From a virus (taxonomy: Duplodnaviria; Caudoviricetes), in IMG/VR virus record IMGVR_UViG_3300037483_000349, positions 1 to 37,735 of that record: DNA of 37,735 nt, one strand, 5' to 3'. The notes under the pieces are model-generated. The model was not told where the DNA came from and made no database searches. It saw nothing but the letters and a program-made list of their open reading frames with translations. Shown one piece after another: positions 17,640 through 26,117 of this stretch. Both the position numbers and the translations under genes were made by a program. Every line of letters starts with the position of its first letter. Within the stretch, counting starts at the first letter, position 1.

Positions 17640-17843
17640 TTACATCACCAAAAACATTCGATAGTTTGATGGGGTGCCGGTTGTGGATCTCACTACTTGG
17701 ACATGCTGCTGCACCAGCCGCGCTACCGGAGTAGCGTACGGCTGTACCGTCTGCACATGCTGCTGCACCAGCCGCGCTACCGGAGTAGCGTACGGCTGTA
17801 CCGTCTGCACATGCTGCTGTATGAGTTTGACGGTTTCGGGCAT
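17640..17843 (-). CDS. 67-aa tail-region peptide with 18-aa repeats
   Basis: QQHVQTVQPYATPVARLV x2; starts 4 nt after the upstream gene. Confidence 0.6.
   Translation of the reverse strand: MPETVKLIQQHVQTVQPYATPVARLVQQHVQTVQPYATPVARLVQQHVQVVRSTTGTPSNYRMFLVM
17701..17819. repeat. perfect 54-bp tandem repeat x2.2
   Basis: units at 17701, 17755 and partial 17809. Confidence 0.95.
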
Positions 17844-17846
17844 GTC

Positions 17847-18893
17847 TTATGCCGTTACTTCGATGCCAAACTCAGCAGCGTTAATGCTGGTTACATCCCA
17901 AGCCACACCGGTGTCCGGGTCCGTCTCCAAAATCTGCGGCGTGCGATTGTAAAGGTTGGACAGGGTGACTTCGCTGCCTTGCACTTCCGTTGACCCGGAT
18001 TTGGCAATTGGCTTGACTTTGCGGATACCGCCGCCTTCTGGGTTGTTGCAGATATTGGACGCCACGACGCCAAGGATTGGCAGCACATTGCCCAGCGCAT
18101 CGGTCTTTTCAACGGCAGTGATTTTCGTGGATACCTTGTGCCCGACCGTGGCCGATGATACATAATCAGCTACGGTCGGCGGGTTTTCGTCGAGCAGGGC
18201 ATATGCGTCTGTGCCAGTCGATAGATCGAAATCTTGATAGATTCCGTCGCTGGTCGGTAGGTATGCGTCTACTCGCACGTCGCCAAGGAAGTCGTTGTTG
18301 GTTGTTCCGGTATCGTCGCAGAGATAGAAATCGTCCCAATTCAAACCACGACCATTATTGGTTCCCGTAGTGGTGGGATAAACATTACAAGCCGATATCC
18401 CAGTCGTTCCAAGATTAAGGCTGGTCAGATTAAGAACTACGACACCGTCAAAACGGACTTCCACCGACCCAACCGTATCACTTACAACGACCTTAACCTC
18501 CACAAAGGTCCATACATTAAGTTGTAGCGGTAATGACGTGGCGCCAAGCAGGGTCCCCCCTTCGCCACCATGCAAAACTTCCAGGGTATATGACCCATCA
18601 GCGAACCGAATAAATACGGGGTCCAGCCAGAGAAAACGCCTTGATGATAGACTCGAATTATTGCCACTAGTCGTACGGCGTACTGCACTGCCTGCAATCG
18701 CTACAGCCACTGCTGAAAAATCCTTGCGTATTCCCGCATTGCCATACAGATAGGTATCACCAATACCGTTCGACCCGGCACGCCTGCCCCATGCAGACGA
18801 TATGTCCACACCACCATCCCAGTAATCCCAGTGGCATGTCTCTCCAGACCAATCACCAATACCGTCAAATCCGTCTGCCCAGAGTAGCGCCAT
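17847..18893 (-). CDS. virion protein with ConA/LamG-like lectin domain (348 aa)
   Basis: MALLWADGFD...LNVWTFVEVKV...WDDFYLCDDTGTTNNDFLGDVRV. Confidence 0.7.
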   Translation of the reverse strand: MALLWADGFDGIGDWSGETCHWDYWDGGVDISSAWGRRAGSNGIGDTYLYGNAGIRKDFSAVAVAIAGSAVRRTTSGNNSSLSSRRFLWLDPVFIRFADGSYTLEVLHGGEGGTLLGATSLPLQLNVWTFVEVKVVVSDTVGSVEVRFDGVVVLNLTSLNLGTTGISACNVYPTTTGTNNGRGLNWDDFYLCDDTGTTNNDFLGDVRVDAYLPTSDGIYQDFDLSTGTDAYALLDENPPTVADYVSSATVGHKVSTKITAVEKTDALGNVLPILGVVASNICNNPEGGGIRKVKPIAKSGSTEVQGSEVTLSNLYNRTPQILETDPDTGVAWDVTSINAAEFGIEVTA

Positions 18894-18910
18894 GGTTAAA
18901 ACCCTTTGTT
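18881..18910. repeat. 30-bp direct repeat, copy 1 (copy 2 at 20759-20788)
   Basis: agag(t/c)agcgccatggttaaaaccctttgtt, 29/30 identical. Confidence 0.9.
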
Positions 18911-19330
18911 GGTTGCAACACAGTCGTATTTATCTGCGGTAGCAGAATAACGGAATCCTATGTAATCGGTCTTGGATGCCCCCGTGGAAAGGACCGCACC
19001 CGGCAAGTCAGTGCTGAACCGAACCATGCCCCCCCATGTTACTACTCGGCCGCCGGTTCCATCCTGAGTGAGGCGCAGCGTGATTTTTTGCCCGTCATCC
19101 CCACCGGCAAAATTGACTGTGATATTCCCGGTCAGCGGCCCGATATCCACCAGATCCCCGGTAACCGTAGACAGATTTATCGTAACTTCCGCACCATATG
19201 CCACCGTGTCCCGTTGTGCCATGGCGTTGTTGATTTCCCGCGCAACTTCCAATAAAAAGCGAAATCCAGGGAAGGTAACTCCGGGAAAATTTCGGGGGTC
19301 TGGCGGTCTAAGTATTTCCTTAGCGGCCAT
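18896..19330 (-). CDS. tail needle/adapter-position protein (144 aa)
   Basis: follows gp10-like gene; LTQDGTGGRVVTW beta domain. Confidence 0.7.
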   Translation of the reverse strand: MAAKEILRPPDPRNFPGVTFPGFRFLLEVAREINNAMAQRDTVAYGAEVTINLSTVTGDLVDIGPLTGNITVNFAGGDDGQKITLRLTQDGTGGRVVTWGGMVRFSTDLPGAVLSTGASKTDYIGFRYSATADKYDCVATNKGF

Positions 19331-20738
19331 ATTCGAAACTCTCCGTTGCGCTCAAAAGCGCCGCCTGCGTTGCATCGGACATGACAAATTCCCACTGCCT
19401 GCGCTTGTATCTGCCGCATCTGCGGATGTTCACCCGTAGCTCGGTTTGGCTCTGCGCTTCAATTTCCGCTTCCCGGTATGGATGCCAGTCGGTCGAACCT
19501 TCGTCACGCCAGCGAACCATCATTTTCTTGGGCGTCGTTGCGGTGTCGGCTCTCTTGAAAATCAGAGTCAAGGAAGAGTGGGTTTTCCACCGGTCGGGAG
19601 CCCCCCGGTCGATAATGTCGGTTCGCAACACCGTGCGGATGTCCGCCCCGTCATCGGTCGTGCCCTCAACATCCCAAATCTTGCCCGTCCTACGGTCGCC
19701 AACCAGGGTCTTGTTCCAGTCCGGGACCTCGGCAACCCAGTTGCCTAGATATGCTTCATGCTGGGCAAGGGCGGAGTTGTAATAACTCCATTCGTACCAC
19801 TGGTTCAGCCCGATGTCGAAAACGAGGGTCTTCCCTTCGACCGGGAAGGTCAGCACGTAAAAGTGCTTGCCGCGCATCTTGAGATAATCGCCCCGCGCAT
19901 CGGAAAACGTCGAAAACGTCCGCAAATAACGCGACAGGGCAGGGGCGGAAACGATCTCAGGGGTCAGGCCGTTGAGCCGCACAACCTCCCGGTTATCATC
20001 AAGCCAGTAAAATGTGCCGTTGATGTTGGTCACGCTGTAGGGTGCGATGCAGCCCCTTTGAATGGCCCCTTGCAACTCTTTTACGAAAGTCGCGCCGTCA
20101 TCCCGCCACACCTCAAGGCTGTTTTGCCCCCAGAAATACAGGTAGGCGTTTGCCACCTGGAAACTGTTTGTCAGGTCCGGCAAGGTTTCGTTATTGGCAA
20201 ACGAAGAACTCCACGCTGTAGGATCGCCGGAATCTGCCCAGTCAAACCGCTCCGAATCGGACTGAAGGCCGACTAGAATCTGATTGATGGTGCCAATGTG
20301 TTTCACCGCCGTTGGGGCGTCCCCGTCTGTCAGATAAGCGCCCGTTGACGCGGCGGGGTATTGCCCTATCTTTCCCCCGGAAGCAATGTACAGGTTTGTC
20401 CCGGCCACGTCCGCGAAAGAGGGCCGTACCCTTGACACCATGGATGCCGTGCCGGTGACGTCCGTTTCCGCCCCGGCGGAGTCGATTCTGAACACCTTGC
20501 CGTTACACGCCGTCACCAGCTTCTGTTGTCTGGTCCAGTAATACCCACCGTCTACAGGCCCGGCTTCGGACAGGTCGGAGAACAGCGTCAGTCCGGGCCG
20601 CTTGTGCCAGACGAATTTAGGCCCGTCCGGTCCTTCGTACATATCCCAATATCCGTCTATCTGATTCTGGCTAAACCCCGGCAGGGACTTGTCGACGGAT
20701 TTGTTCAGGCTTGTGAAGGGGATCGGCTGTGTCGGCAT
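19320..20738 (-). CDS. P22 gp10-like tail hub/DNA stabilisation protein
   Basis: 472 aa; KRPGL, GCIAPYSV, FYVLTFPVEGKTLVFD...WYE. Confidence 0.88.
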   Translation of the reverse strand: MPTQPIPFTSLNKSVDKSLPGFSQNQIDGYWDMYEGPDGPKFVWHKRPGLTLFSDLSEAGPVDGGYYWTRQQKLVTACNGKVFRIDSAGAETDVTGTASMVSRVRPSFADVAGTNLYIASGGKIGQYPAASTGAYLTDGDAPTAVKHIGTINQILVGLQSDSERFDWADSGDPTAWSSSFANNETLPDLTNSFQVANAYLYFWGQNSLEVWRDDGATFVKELQGAIQRGCIAPYSVTNINGTFYWLDDNREVVRLNGLTPEIVSAPALSRYLRTFSTFSDARGDYLKMRGKHFYVLTFPVEGKTLVFDIGLNQWYEWSYYNSALAQHEAYLGNWVAEVPDWNKTLVGDRRTGKIWDVEGTTDDGADIRTVLRTDIIDRGAPDRWKTHSSLTLIFKRADTATTPKKMMVRWRDEGSTDWHPYREAEIEAQSQTELRVNIRRCGRYKRRQWEFVMSDATQAALLSATESFEYGR

Positions 20739-20758
20739 TTATTTGCGTCCAGATATTG

Positions 20759-20788
20759 AGAGCAGCGCCATGGTTAAAACCCTTTGTT
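20759..20788. repeat. 30-bp direct repeat, copy 2 (intergenic)
   Basis: duplicates the 18896/18893 gene junction; creates mini-ORF MALLSISGRK*. Confidence 0.9.
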
Positions 20789-20801
20789 TGGTGTAGCTCG
20801 G

Positions 20802-21923
20802 TTATTCAACAACTTCAATCGCAAACCATGTGTTTGAACCAGTTCCACCGCCACTCACATCAAGGTTCCCACCCGAATACTGTTGAGCCTCAAGTTCAAA
20901 ATAATCACCTTCCGACACAGATATAACCGGGCTGGCAGTAATAGCTTGCCATGTATCTGTCCCATTGTTATTTAAAAACTGCTTAGACCCACCAACATAA
21001 CCCTGGGATCCATTTTTTGTAATACTGATAACCCTCCCACCTGTTGCATCCCCGAAAAAATTTATTTTCCCGGTGAGTCTTACCCTTGACACTTCTGCGG
21101 GGATGGTGAACCGGCTAGTATTTGTTGCCAAGTCATGGAATGCTGAAGTATCGTATTCTTCTGTGTCGAAATTAATCGCGGTCAAAGTTGAGTCCGGTAT
21201 AGTTTGACTCCCCGCAAGATGTACCAACGCCCCTCTAAACACCATTGACCCTGGGATAAATCCATCCGAATCCCTCACCGGTATTGTATCCGCCGTGGTC
21301 CCGGTGTCTGCCGCAACCCCCCCCAAGGTATCGGCATCCCCCACCGTTTGGAACACATACCAGTTACTGCCATCCGACTGAAAAACTCCGGTGGAGTTGA
21401 TCGCCGTATAGGCCACCGAAGCCGCCCCGTTGACCAGCTGTCCCGATGCTGCGGCCACGGTCAGCGTATTGGCTGCAACGGATTTGGCAATCTGGATGAT
21501 CTTACCGGCCATCAAAGCCGCGTCGGGGAGGGTATAGGTGATGCTGTTCGAGGTCGTATCCCCGACCACCAGCGCATCATCGACACTCCCCGCCACTGTC
21601 GCAGACGTGACCGTTCTGGTATCCCCGGCAACCGCTGTGACTTTGTAATTGTCAACCTCGAACAGCTTGGTTCCCCCTGCGTCGGGATCTCCGCTGTAAA
21701 TCTCAATCTTGTAGATGCCGTCCCCGTAGACCGATGCGCGCCCCTGCGAATCAAGGGCCTTTTTCGTAATCGCCACAGCCTTACCGGAGTCGTCATAGGC
21801 ATTTTTCGCGGTAGAGGTTCCGGCAACAAGAAATTTGGCATAGGGGGTCGTAATCTGTGCGCCATCGTAAATGACGCCTGCCGACAATAACTCTATTTGA
21901 TGGGCGCGTGTGGGCACAATCAA
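20802..21923 (-). CDS. tailspike/tail fibre with head-binding N-terminus and C1q/TNF-like C-terminus
   Basis: AGTSTAKNAY...LDSQGRA...GIYKI N-domain; C-terminal SRFTIP...EGDYFEL...TWFAIEVV. Confidence 0.75.
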   Translation of the reverse strand: MIVPTRAHQIELLSAGVIYDGAQITTPYAKFLVAGTSTAKNAYDDSGKAVAITKKALDSQGRASVYGDGIYKIEIYSGDPDAGGTKLFEVDNYKVTAVAGDTRTVTSATVAGSVDDALVVGDTTSNSITYTLPDAALMAGKIIQIAKSVAANTLTVAAASGQLVNGAASVAYTAINSTGVFQSDGSNWYVFQTVGDADTLGGVAADTGTTADTIPVRDSDGFIPGSMVFRGALVHLAGSQTIPDSTLTAINFDTEEYDTSAFHDLATNTSRFTIPAEVSRVRLTGKINFFGDATGGRVISITKNGSQGYVGGSKQFLNNNGTDTWQAITASPVISVSEGDYFELEAQQYSGGNLDVSGGGTGSNTWFAIEVVE

Positions 21924-22624
21924 CTCCTGTAGTAAGTGTCACCGTCGATGTCATAATCCCGCCCCTGTTGCCCGAATATGGCGGTGTTGGCCCTTGGAAC
22001 CGGTTGCGCATGGAGACGCTTCAGGGACTTGAGGGTTTGCCCGGCACGAACAGCTATAATCTGCGACAGACTTGCTCCGAATTCCGGGGCGATTTCCATA
22101 GCCAGGTTGTACTTGATTGCGGGTTCGTATTCGGGCGGCAGCCCGAGACTTTCGGAAAGCGAGGTATAAGACCCCAACGGCTTGTGCGAATACAAATGAA
22201 GGGTATAGGATTGGTCCGGCACCGGGTATAAGAGAACGGTCCCAGAAGACCCCCCGCGCTCGAAATACAGATCGTAGGGGCGGGATTCGGTGCTCTTCAG
22301 CGCCAACCTTGCATAATCCTCCGCCGCGATAATCCGCACCGGGTAGTCGGTTGACGAATCCCGCACGAAGGCCCGCACAATCCGTTGCGGCAATGCCGTA
22401 TCGAACGTCTGGTTGCTGCCGATGGTGTAAGATCCAACTCCGGCCGAGATGCTGAAACTTTCTCTCGTCACCTGGTACAAACCGGCAGGGCTGGTTGCCC
22501 ACTCCTGAAGCATGAGGTTCAGGGCTTCCATAATGTCGTTCTGCTCGGACGCGTCCGGGTTGGAATCACCAGTGACCAGCCGGAACGCGACCTTAACCAT
22601 CTCAGCCACGGTCATCGATGGCAT
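21920..22624 (-). CDS. head-tail adaptor (P22 gp4-like)
   Basis: EALNLMLQEW and LPPEYEPAIKYNLAMEIAPEFG. Confidence 0.8.
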   Translation of the reverse strand: MPSMTVAEMVKVAFRLVTGDSNPDASEQNDIMEALNLMLQEWATSPAGLYQVTRESFSISAGVGSYTIGSNQTFDTALPQRIVRAFVRDSSTDYPVRIIAAEDYARLALKSTESRPYDLYFERGGSSGTVLLYPVPDQSYTLHLYSHKPLGSYTSLSESLGLPPEYEPAIKYNLAMEIAPEFGASLSQIIAVRAGQTLKSLKRLHAQPVPRANTAIFGQQGRDYDIDGDTYYRS

Positions 22625-22853
22625 CCTCGAAGTCTTTGAGCATGTTCAGTTTGCTTTTGCGCCGGTCGAGTTCAACCCCGAAGGTTCTGGCGTGTATTTC
22701 CAGTTCCTCTTTGCTCATTTCGTTGATGCTTTTTGCCTCTTGCCCGAATTTGTCAGGGGTGTCAACCCACCCGGCGGGGATCTCCTGCCCCTCATCGAAA
22801 ATTCGCGCCTCATGGTTCGGATGATATCGCCAGCAGCGTTCCGTCGCTTTCAT
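22602..22853 (-). CDS. small protein with C-terminal HeH/Rho-N-like motif (83 aa)
   Basis: MSKEELEIHARTFGVELDRRKSKLNM; ATGA overlap. Confidence 0.7.
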   Translation of the reverse strand: MKATERCWRYHPNHEARIFDEGQEIPAGWVDTPDKFGQEAKSINEMSKEELEIHARTFGVELDRRKSKLNMLKDFEDAIDDRG

Positions 22854-23446
22854 AATGTCCCCGTGTATGCGTAGGTTCCGATGTGTTTGATTGTCACGTC
22901 CGGCAAAATATCGATTTCCCCGCCGAGTTCCCGCCATCTGCGACAAAAGGTGTAATCCTCGCCCCAATACTGGCCGTTATGCAGATCAAAATCGAAAAGG
23001 GCATGATATTCCTTACCGTCATGCTCATAGTGTGTCTGCGGGTAGGCGGCTACCATCTTTTCCAGGGCTTCCCGTTTCAGGGCAACAAACCCCGCACCAA
23101 CCGCTTCGGCTTTCCCTTCCCCTGCCGGGTTCCAGTTGAAGACCAGTTCCTGTTTTTTCTGCCGGTACACCCCGGCCGTGAACAAATGCGGAGAACGAAT
23201 CAACCGCACCAGATCAACCGGATTCCAGGCTAAGTCCGCATCGATAAACACCAGCACATCAAAACCGCTGGAGAGAAACCGTTGTACGATCTCGTTGCGG
23301 GCGCGGGGGAGGACGGAGCACCCGTTATGGATGTCCGTCTCCACCTCATAGCCGACACGATCCAGCACAACGCGGGATTTAACGAGGGAGCTGATAAACT
23401 GTGCATCAGCCCCCCCGTACATCGGTATGCCTAGATAAACTCTCAC
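22850..23446 (-). CDS. GT-A fold glycosyltransferase-like protein
   Basis: ARNEIV, FIDAD (DxD), GAGFV, GEDYTFC, KHIG. Confidence 0.8.
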   Translation of the reverse strand: MRVYLGIPMYGGADAQFISSLVKSRVVLDRVGYEVETDIHNGCSVLPRARNEIVQRFLSSGFDVLVFIDADLAWNPVDLVRLIRSPHLFTAGVYRQKKQELVFNWNPAGEGKAEAVGAGFVALKREALEKMVAAYPQTHYEHDGKEYHALFDFDLHNGQYWGEDYTFCRRWRELGGEIDILPDVTIKHIGTYAYTGTL

Positions 23447-23655
23447 GCGTCGATGATACCGACACCAACGAGGGCGGCGCGGATTTCCGCCAGTTCGAGA
23501 ATAACGGTTGCCAGGTCGGTTCCGACCGCGACGGACATGGTGGGTTGTACAACGGCCTCGCCATAGAGCCCGACCTTTTCAGTCGTTGCCCGGCCGAGAG
23601 AGGTGCCGTCCGGTTGCCCGGTGCCAACAATTTCTACTGCCATTTTTGCCTCCAA
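23443..23655 (-). CDS. small capsid-associated protein (start may be 23643)
   Basis: directly follows the coat gene; GGAGG RBS. Confidence 0.7.
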   Translation of the reverse strand: MEAKMAVEIVGTGQPDGTSLGRATTEKVGLYGEAVVQPTMSVAVGTDLATVILELAEIRAALVGVGIIDA

Positions 23656-23680
23656 AAGAAAGGGGGGCCGAAGCCCCCCG
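23655..23680 (-). terminator. terminator after the coat gene
   Basis: minus strand ggggggc-ttcg-gcccccc then tttctttt. Confidence 0.7.
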
Positions 23681-23685
23681 TGTTT

Positions 23686-24891
23686 TTAGCCGATAACCCG
23701 ACATGCCATGCTGGGCCGCTGTGCGAGGCTGCCGAAGAAAATATCGATCCGGCAGGGGTGATTGGAGTTGTTGATGTCATACTGGCGCAGGATGCGCATG
23801 TTGACCCCGTCAACCGCCATCTGCGACTTGAACGACACGTCCGAGGGCATTTCCAGGTTTGCGGAAGCAAAGGTGAACGCCTCCTTGTGGAAACCCATGT
23901 TTTGCGGGTAGGCCGTCGATGCGGTGCCGACAACGGTAACAGCTGCGTCGTTGGCGGGAAGCGCCGAGATGGTCTGATAGGCCCCGTCAGAGATGAGCGC
24001 CGGAGACACGGTCAGATCAACCTCGCTGGAACCTGCGGTCGCGTCGGCGGTAACAACGAACTGTTGCAGGCTGCCGGTGCTTTGCTTGGTGTCGGGGTTG
24101 ACGGAGTAGACACCGGCGACGGTGAACACATCCCCGGCCTTGAAGGTCTGGGTTGCGCCGCCGAGTCCATCGACGTGCAGGGTCGAACTCCCTTCGTCCG
24201 GGGCACCGTCAACCAGGATGGTTCCAGACCGTGAGCCGCAGGTATGCACCGGCACGTTCTGGCTCATGTACCAGTCCGTGAAACCCAGCGCCTCGCCGCC
24301 CATGCGCCCCTTGGTGTATTGCTTGGAAACGGCTGACCCCGGATTGAACAGGCCCTTAAGCCCGTCCACGGTGGACGCTTGAGCTGCGGGGTTGATAACC
24401 ATGCAGCGCGGATCTTCCGGCGTCGCGAAGTCGTTCATTTTCTGGTTGGCCTGGAGATAGACCAGAGCACTTGCGGGGGTCGTCCCGGCGGTGCCGACCA
24501 GGTTGTACACGCTGCGGTACATGTTCTGAAAGGTGATCAGATCGACCTCGGAAGCAAGCCGGGTGATCGCCGGTTGGATGAACCGCTTGGAAAACTCGTT
24601 GATTTCCAGGGCGAGGTCCGCTTCGGTGAAGTTCATGTCCACCCCGCGCACGGTCCCGATAGTCAGGGTATCGCTTTGCTCGTTCTGGTCCTGGGCGTCG
24701 ATGGTCCAGCCGGTGCGGACGGTGTACTGGTTGGGCTTGCGGATGCGGATCGATGCCCCGCGCTTCTGGCCGCCGAACGTGGTTTCTTTATCGTGCTGCT
24801 TGTCAATGTTTTTGACAAACGGCAGGTTGTTGTGCAGGATTCGCAGCGCCTCGGCCGTGATGGCGTCGGGCTTCAAGTACGCGTTAGCCAT
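23686..24891 (-). CDS. major capsid protein, P22 gp5 family
   Basis: ITAEALRILHNNL, GASIRIRKPNQY, QNMGFHKEAF, CRIDIFFG. Confidence 0.92.
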   Translation of the reverse strand: MANAYLKPDAITAEALRILHNNLPFVKNIDKQHDKETTFGGQKRGASIRIRKPNQYTVRTGWTIDAQDQNEQSDTLTIGTVRGVDMNFTEADLALEINEFSKRFIQPAITRLASEVDLITFQNMYRSVYNLVGTAGTTPASALVYLQANQKMNDFATPEDPRCMVINPAAQASTVDGLKGLFNPGSAVSKQYTKGRMGGEALGFTDWYMSQNVPVHTCGSRSGTILVDGAPDEGSSTLHVDGLGGATQTFKAGDVFTVAGVYSVNPDTKQSTGSLQQFVVTADATAGSSEVDLTVSPALISDGAYQTISALPANDAAVTVVGTASTAYPQNMGFHKEAFTFASANLEMPSDVSFKSQMAVDGVNMRILRQYDINNSNHPCRIDIFFGSLAQRPSMACRVIG

Positions 24892-24905
24892 GTCTTATTA
24901 CTCCT

Positions 24906-25742
24906 TTAAATTTTGCCCTCGTTCCGCAGCCGGATCCATTCTGCGGGGTTTTCCTTGAGCAGCTTGTCCGGGTCGTGCCGGGCCGGCTCTCTGCCGCCAA
25001 TCGGATTCGGTGGGGGAGGGGCTGTTGTTTGTTTGCGTTCCGGGTTTGTCAATTTCGCTTCCAGTTTCCCGAGAGCAATCGCTTTCTTGAAAGGCGGCAA
25101 TGCAGAAATCCGCGCAGCCTCCTTGGGGTTTTTGCCCAGGTAGTAGGCCACGTCTTCGGGTGCGTCGGCCTCAAAAATCGCCGCAGCCATCTCCATGTCC
25201 AAGACATCGCCGGGAAGCGAGAACACCACCTCCTCGAAATCTGCGTGTTTCCCCCGGCCCTTGTCAACCGTGGAAGCCCGGCGCTCCTCGAAGGTTTGTT
25301 GCGCCTGCTGCTGCCGATATTCGGCTTGGCGCTTTTGCTCTTGAGCGCTGCGTTTCGCCTCGGCCTGCTCCAGTTTCCAATCCGCCACCGCCTCGATATA
25401 CGCATCGTCGTCAAAATCGAACTGTTCCCGTGTCGGCTTTTGGCGGGTTGCTGGCACTTCCACGGGCTCCACTTTTTCAGGGGGGCGCTGTTCCACCACC
25501 TTGCGCAGGGCCTCTTCCAGCCGGTCCGCTCGTCGCCGTTCGTCTTCTCGCTGCCGGGTCAGGTCGTCAAACCGTTTGCGATACCAGGGCTTTTGCCGGG
25601 TTGCCTCTTCTTCCTGCTGATCTCGTTCCGCCTCCTCTTCGGGAGTTGGTGCCCCGTTCCCGGGTTCTTCGGGCTGTGCGGCGGGATCGTCCGCGAGTTC
25701 GGCTCCCTCTTCTGCGGGTTCTACACCCTCGATCTCTTCCAT
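24906..25742 (-). CDS. scaffolding protein
   Basis: acidic coiled coil; AYYLGKNPKEAARI, TTAPPPPNP; lies between portal and coat. Confidence 0.85.
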   Translation of the reverse strand: MEEIEGVEPAEEGAELADDPAAQPEEPGNGAPTPEEEAERDQQEEEATRQKPWYRKRFDDLTRQREDERRRADRLEEALRKVVEQRPPEKVEPVEVPATRQKPTREQFDFDDDAYIEAVADWKLEQAEAKRSAQEQKRQAEYRQQQAQQTFEERRASTVDKGRGKHADFEEVVFSLPGDVLDMEMAAAIFEADAPEDVAYYLGKNPKEAARISALPPFKKAIALGKLEAKLTNPERKQTTAPPPPNPIGGREPARHDPDKLLKENPAEWIRLRNEGKI

Positions 25743-25772
25743 TTTGTCTCCTTCTTGCCTGCGTCAGCAGTG

Positions 25773-26117
25773 TTAAGTGAGCCTGCGATACGTCACATGC
25801 AGTGTTCCGCTCGCAGTATCTTGGATGGCCGCGATTTTCGGCCGGTTTTGGTCTGTCCCTCTCGGGATGGGGATACCGGATTTTTCCAAAAAGGCAGGCA
25901 GAAAAAACCCGGTGATTCCCGTTTTTTCCGCGCCAGGAGCGGCGGCGGTCGGTGTTGCTCCCGGTTCGCCGATGAACACCCAGCAATCTGTGTCCGAGTA
26001 AAAATCCAGGGCCTCAACACCTGACGGGATTGTGATTGTGTCTGAGGTTCCGTCAACGGTCAGATACTGCCCCCCGCCGACAAACGCCAGGTTTTCGTTG
26101 CCGTATGCTCCACTCAT
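25773..26117 (-). CDS. hypothetical virion protein (114 aa)
   Basis: abuts the portal stop. Confidence 0.7.
   Translation of the reverse strand: MSGAYGNENLAFVGGGQYLTVDGTSDTITIPSGVEALDFYSDTDCWVFIGEPGATPTAAAPGAEKTGITGFFLPAFLEKSGIPIPRGTDQNRPKIAAIQDTASGTLHVTYRRLT

Noticed and set aside
17701-17819. CRISPR mini-array
   Set aside because: Units are contiguous with no unique spacers and are in frame within an ORF.
18881-20788. DGR template/variable repeat or invertible tail switch
   Set aside because: Only 30 bp, direct orientation, one mismatch, and no reverse transcriptase or invertase in the genome.
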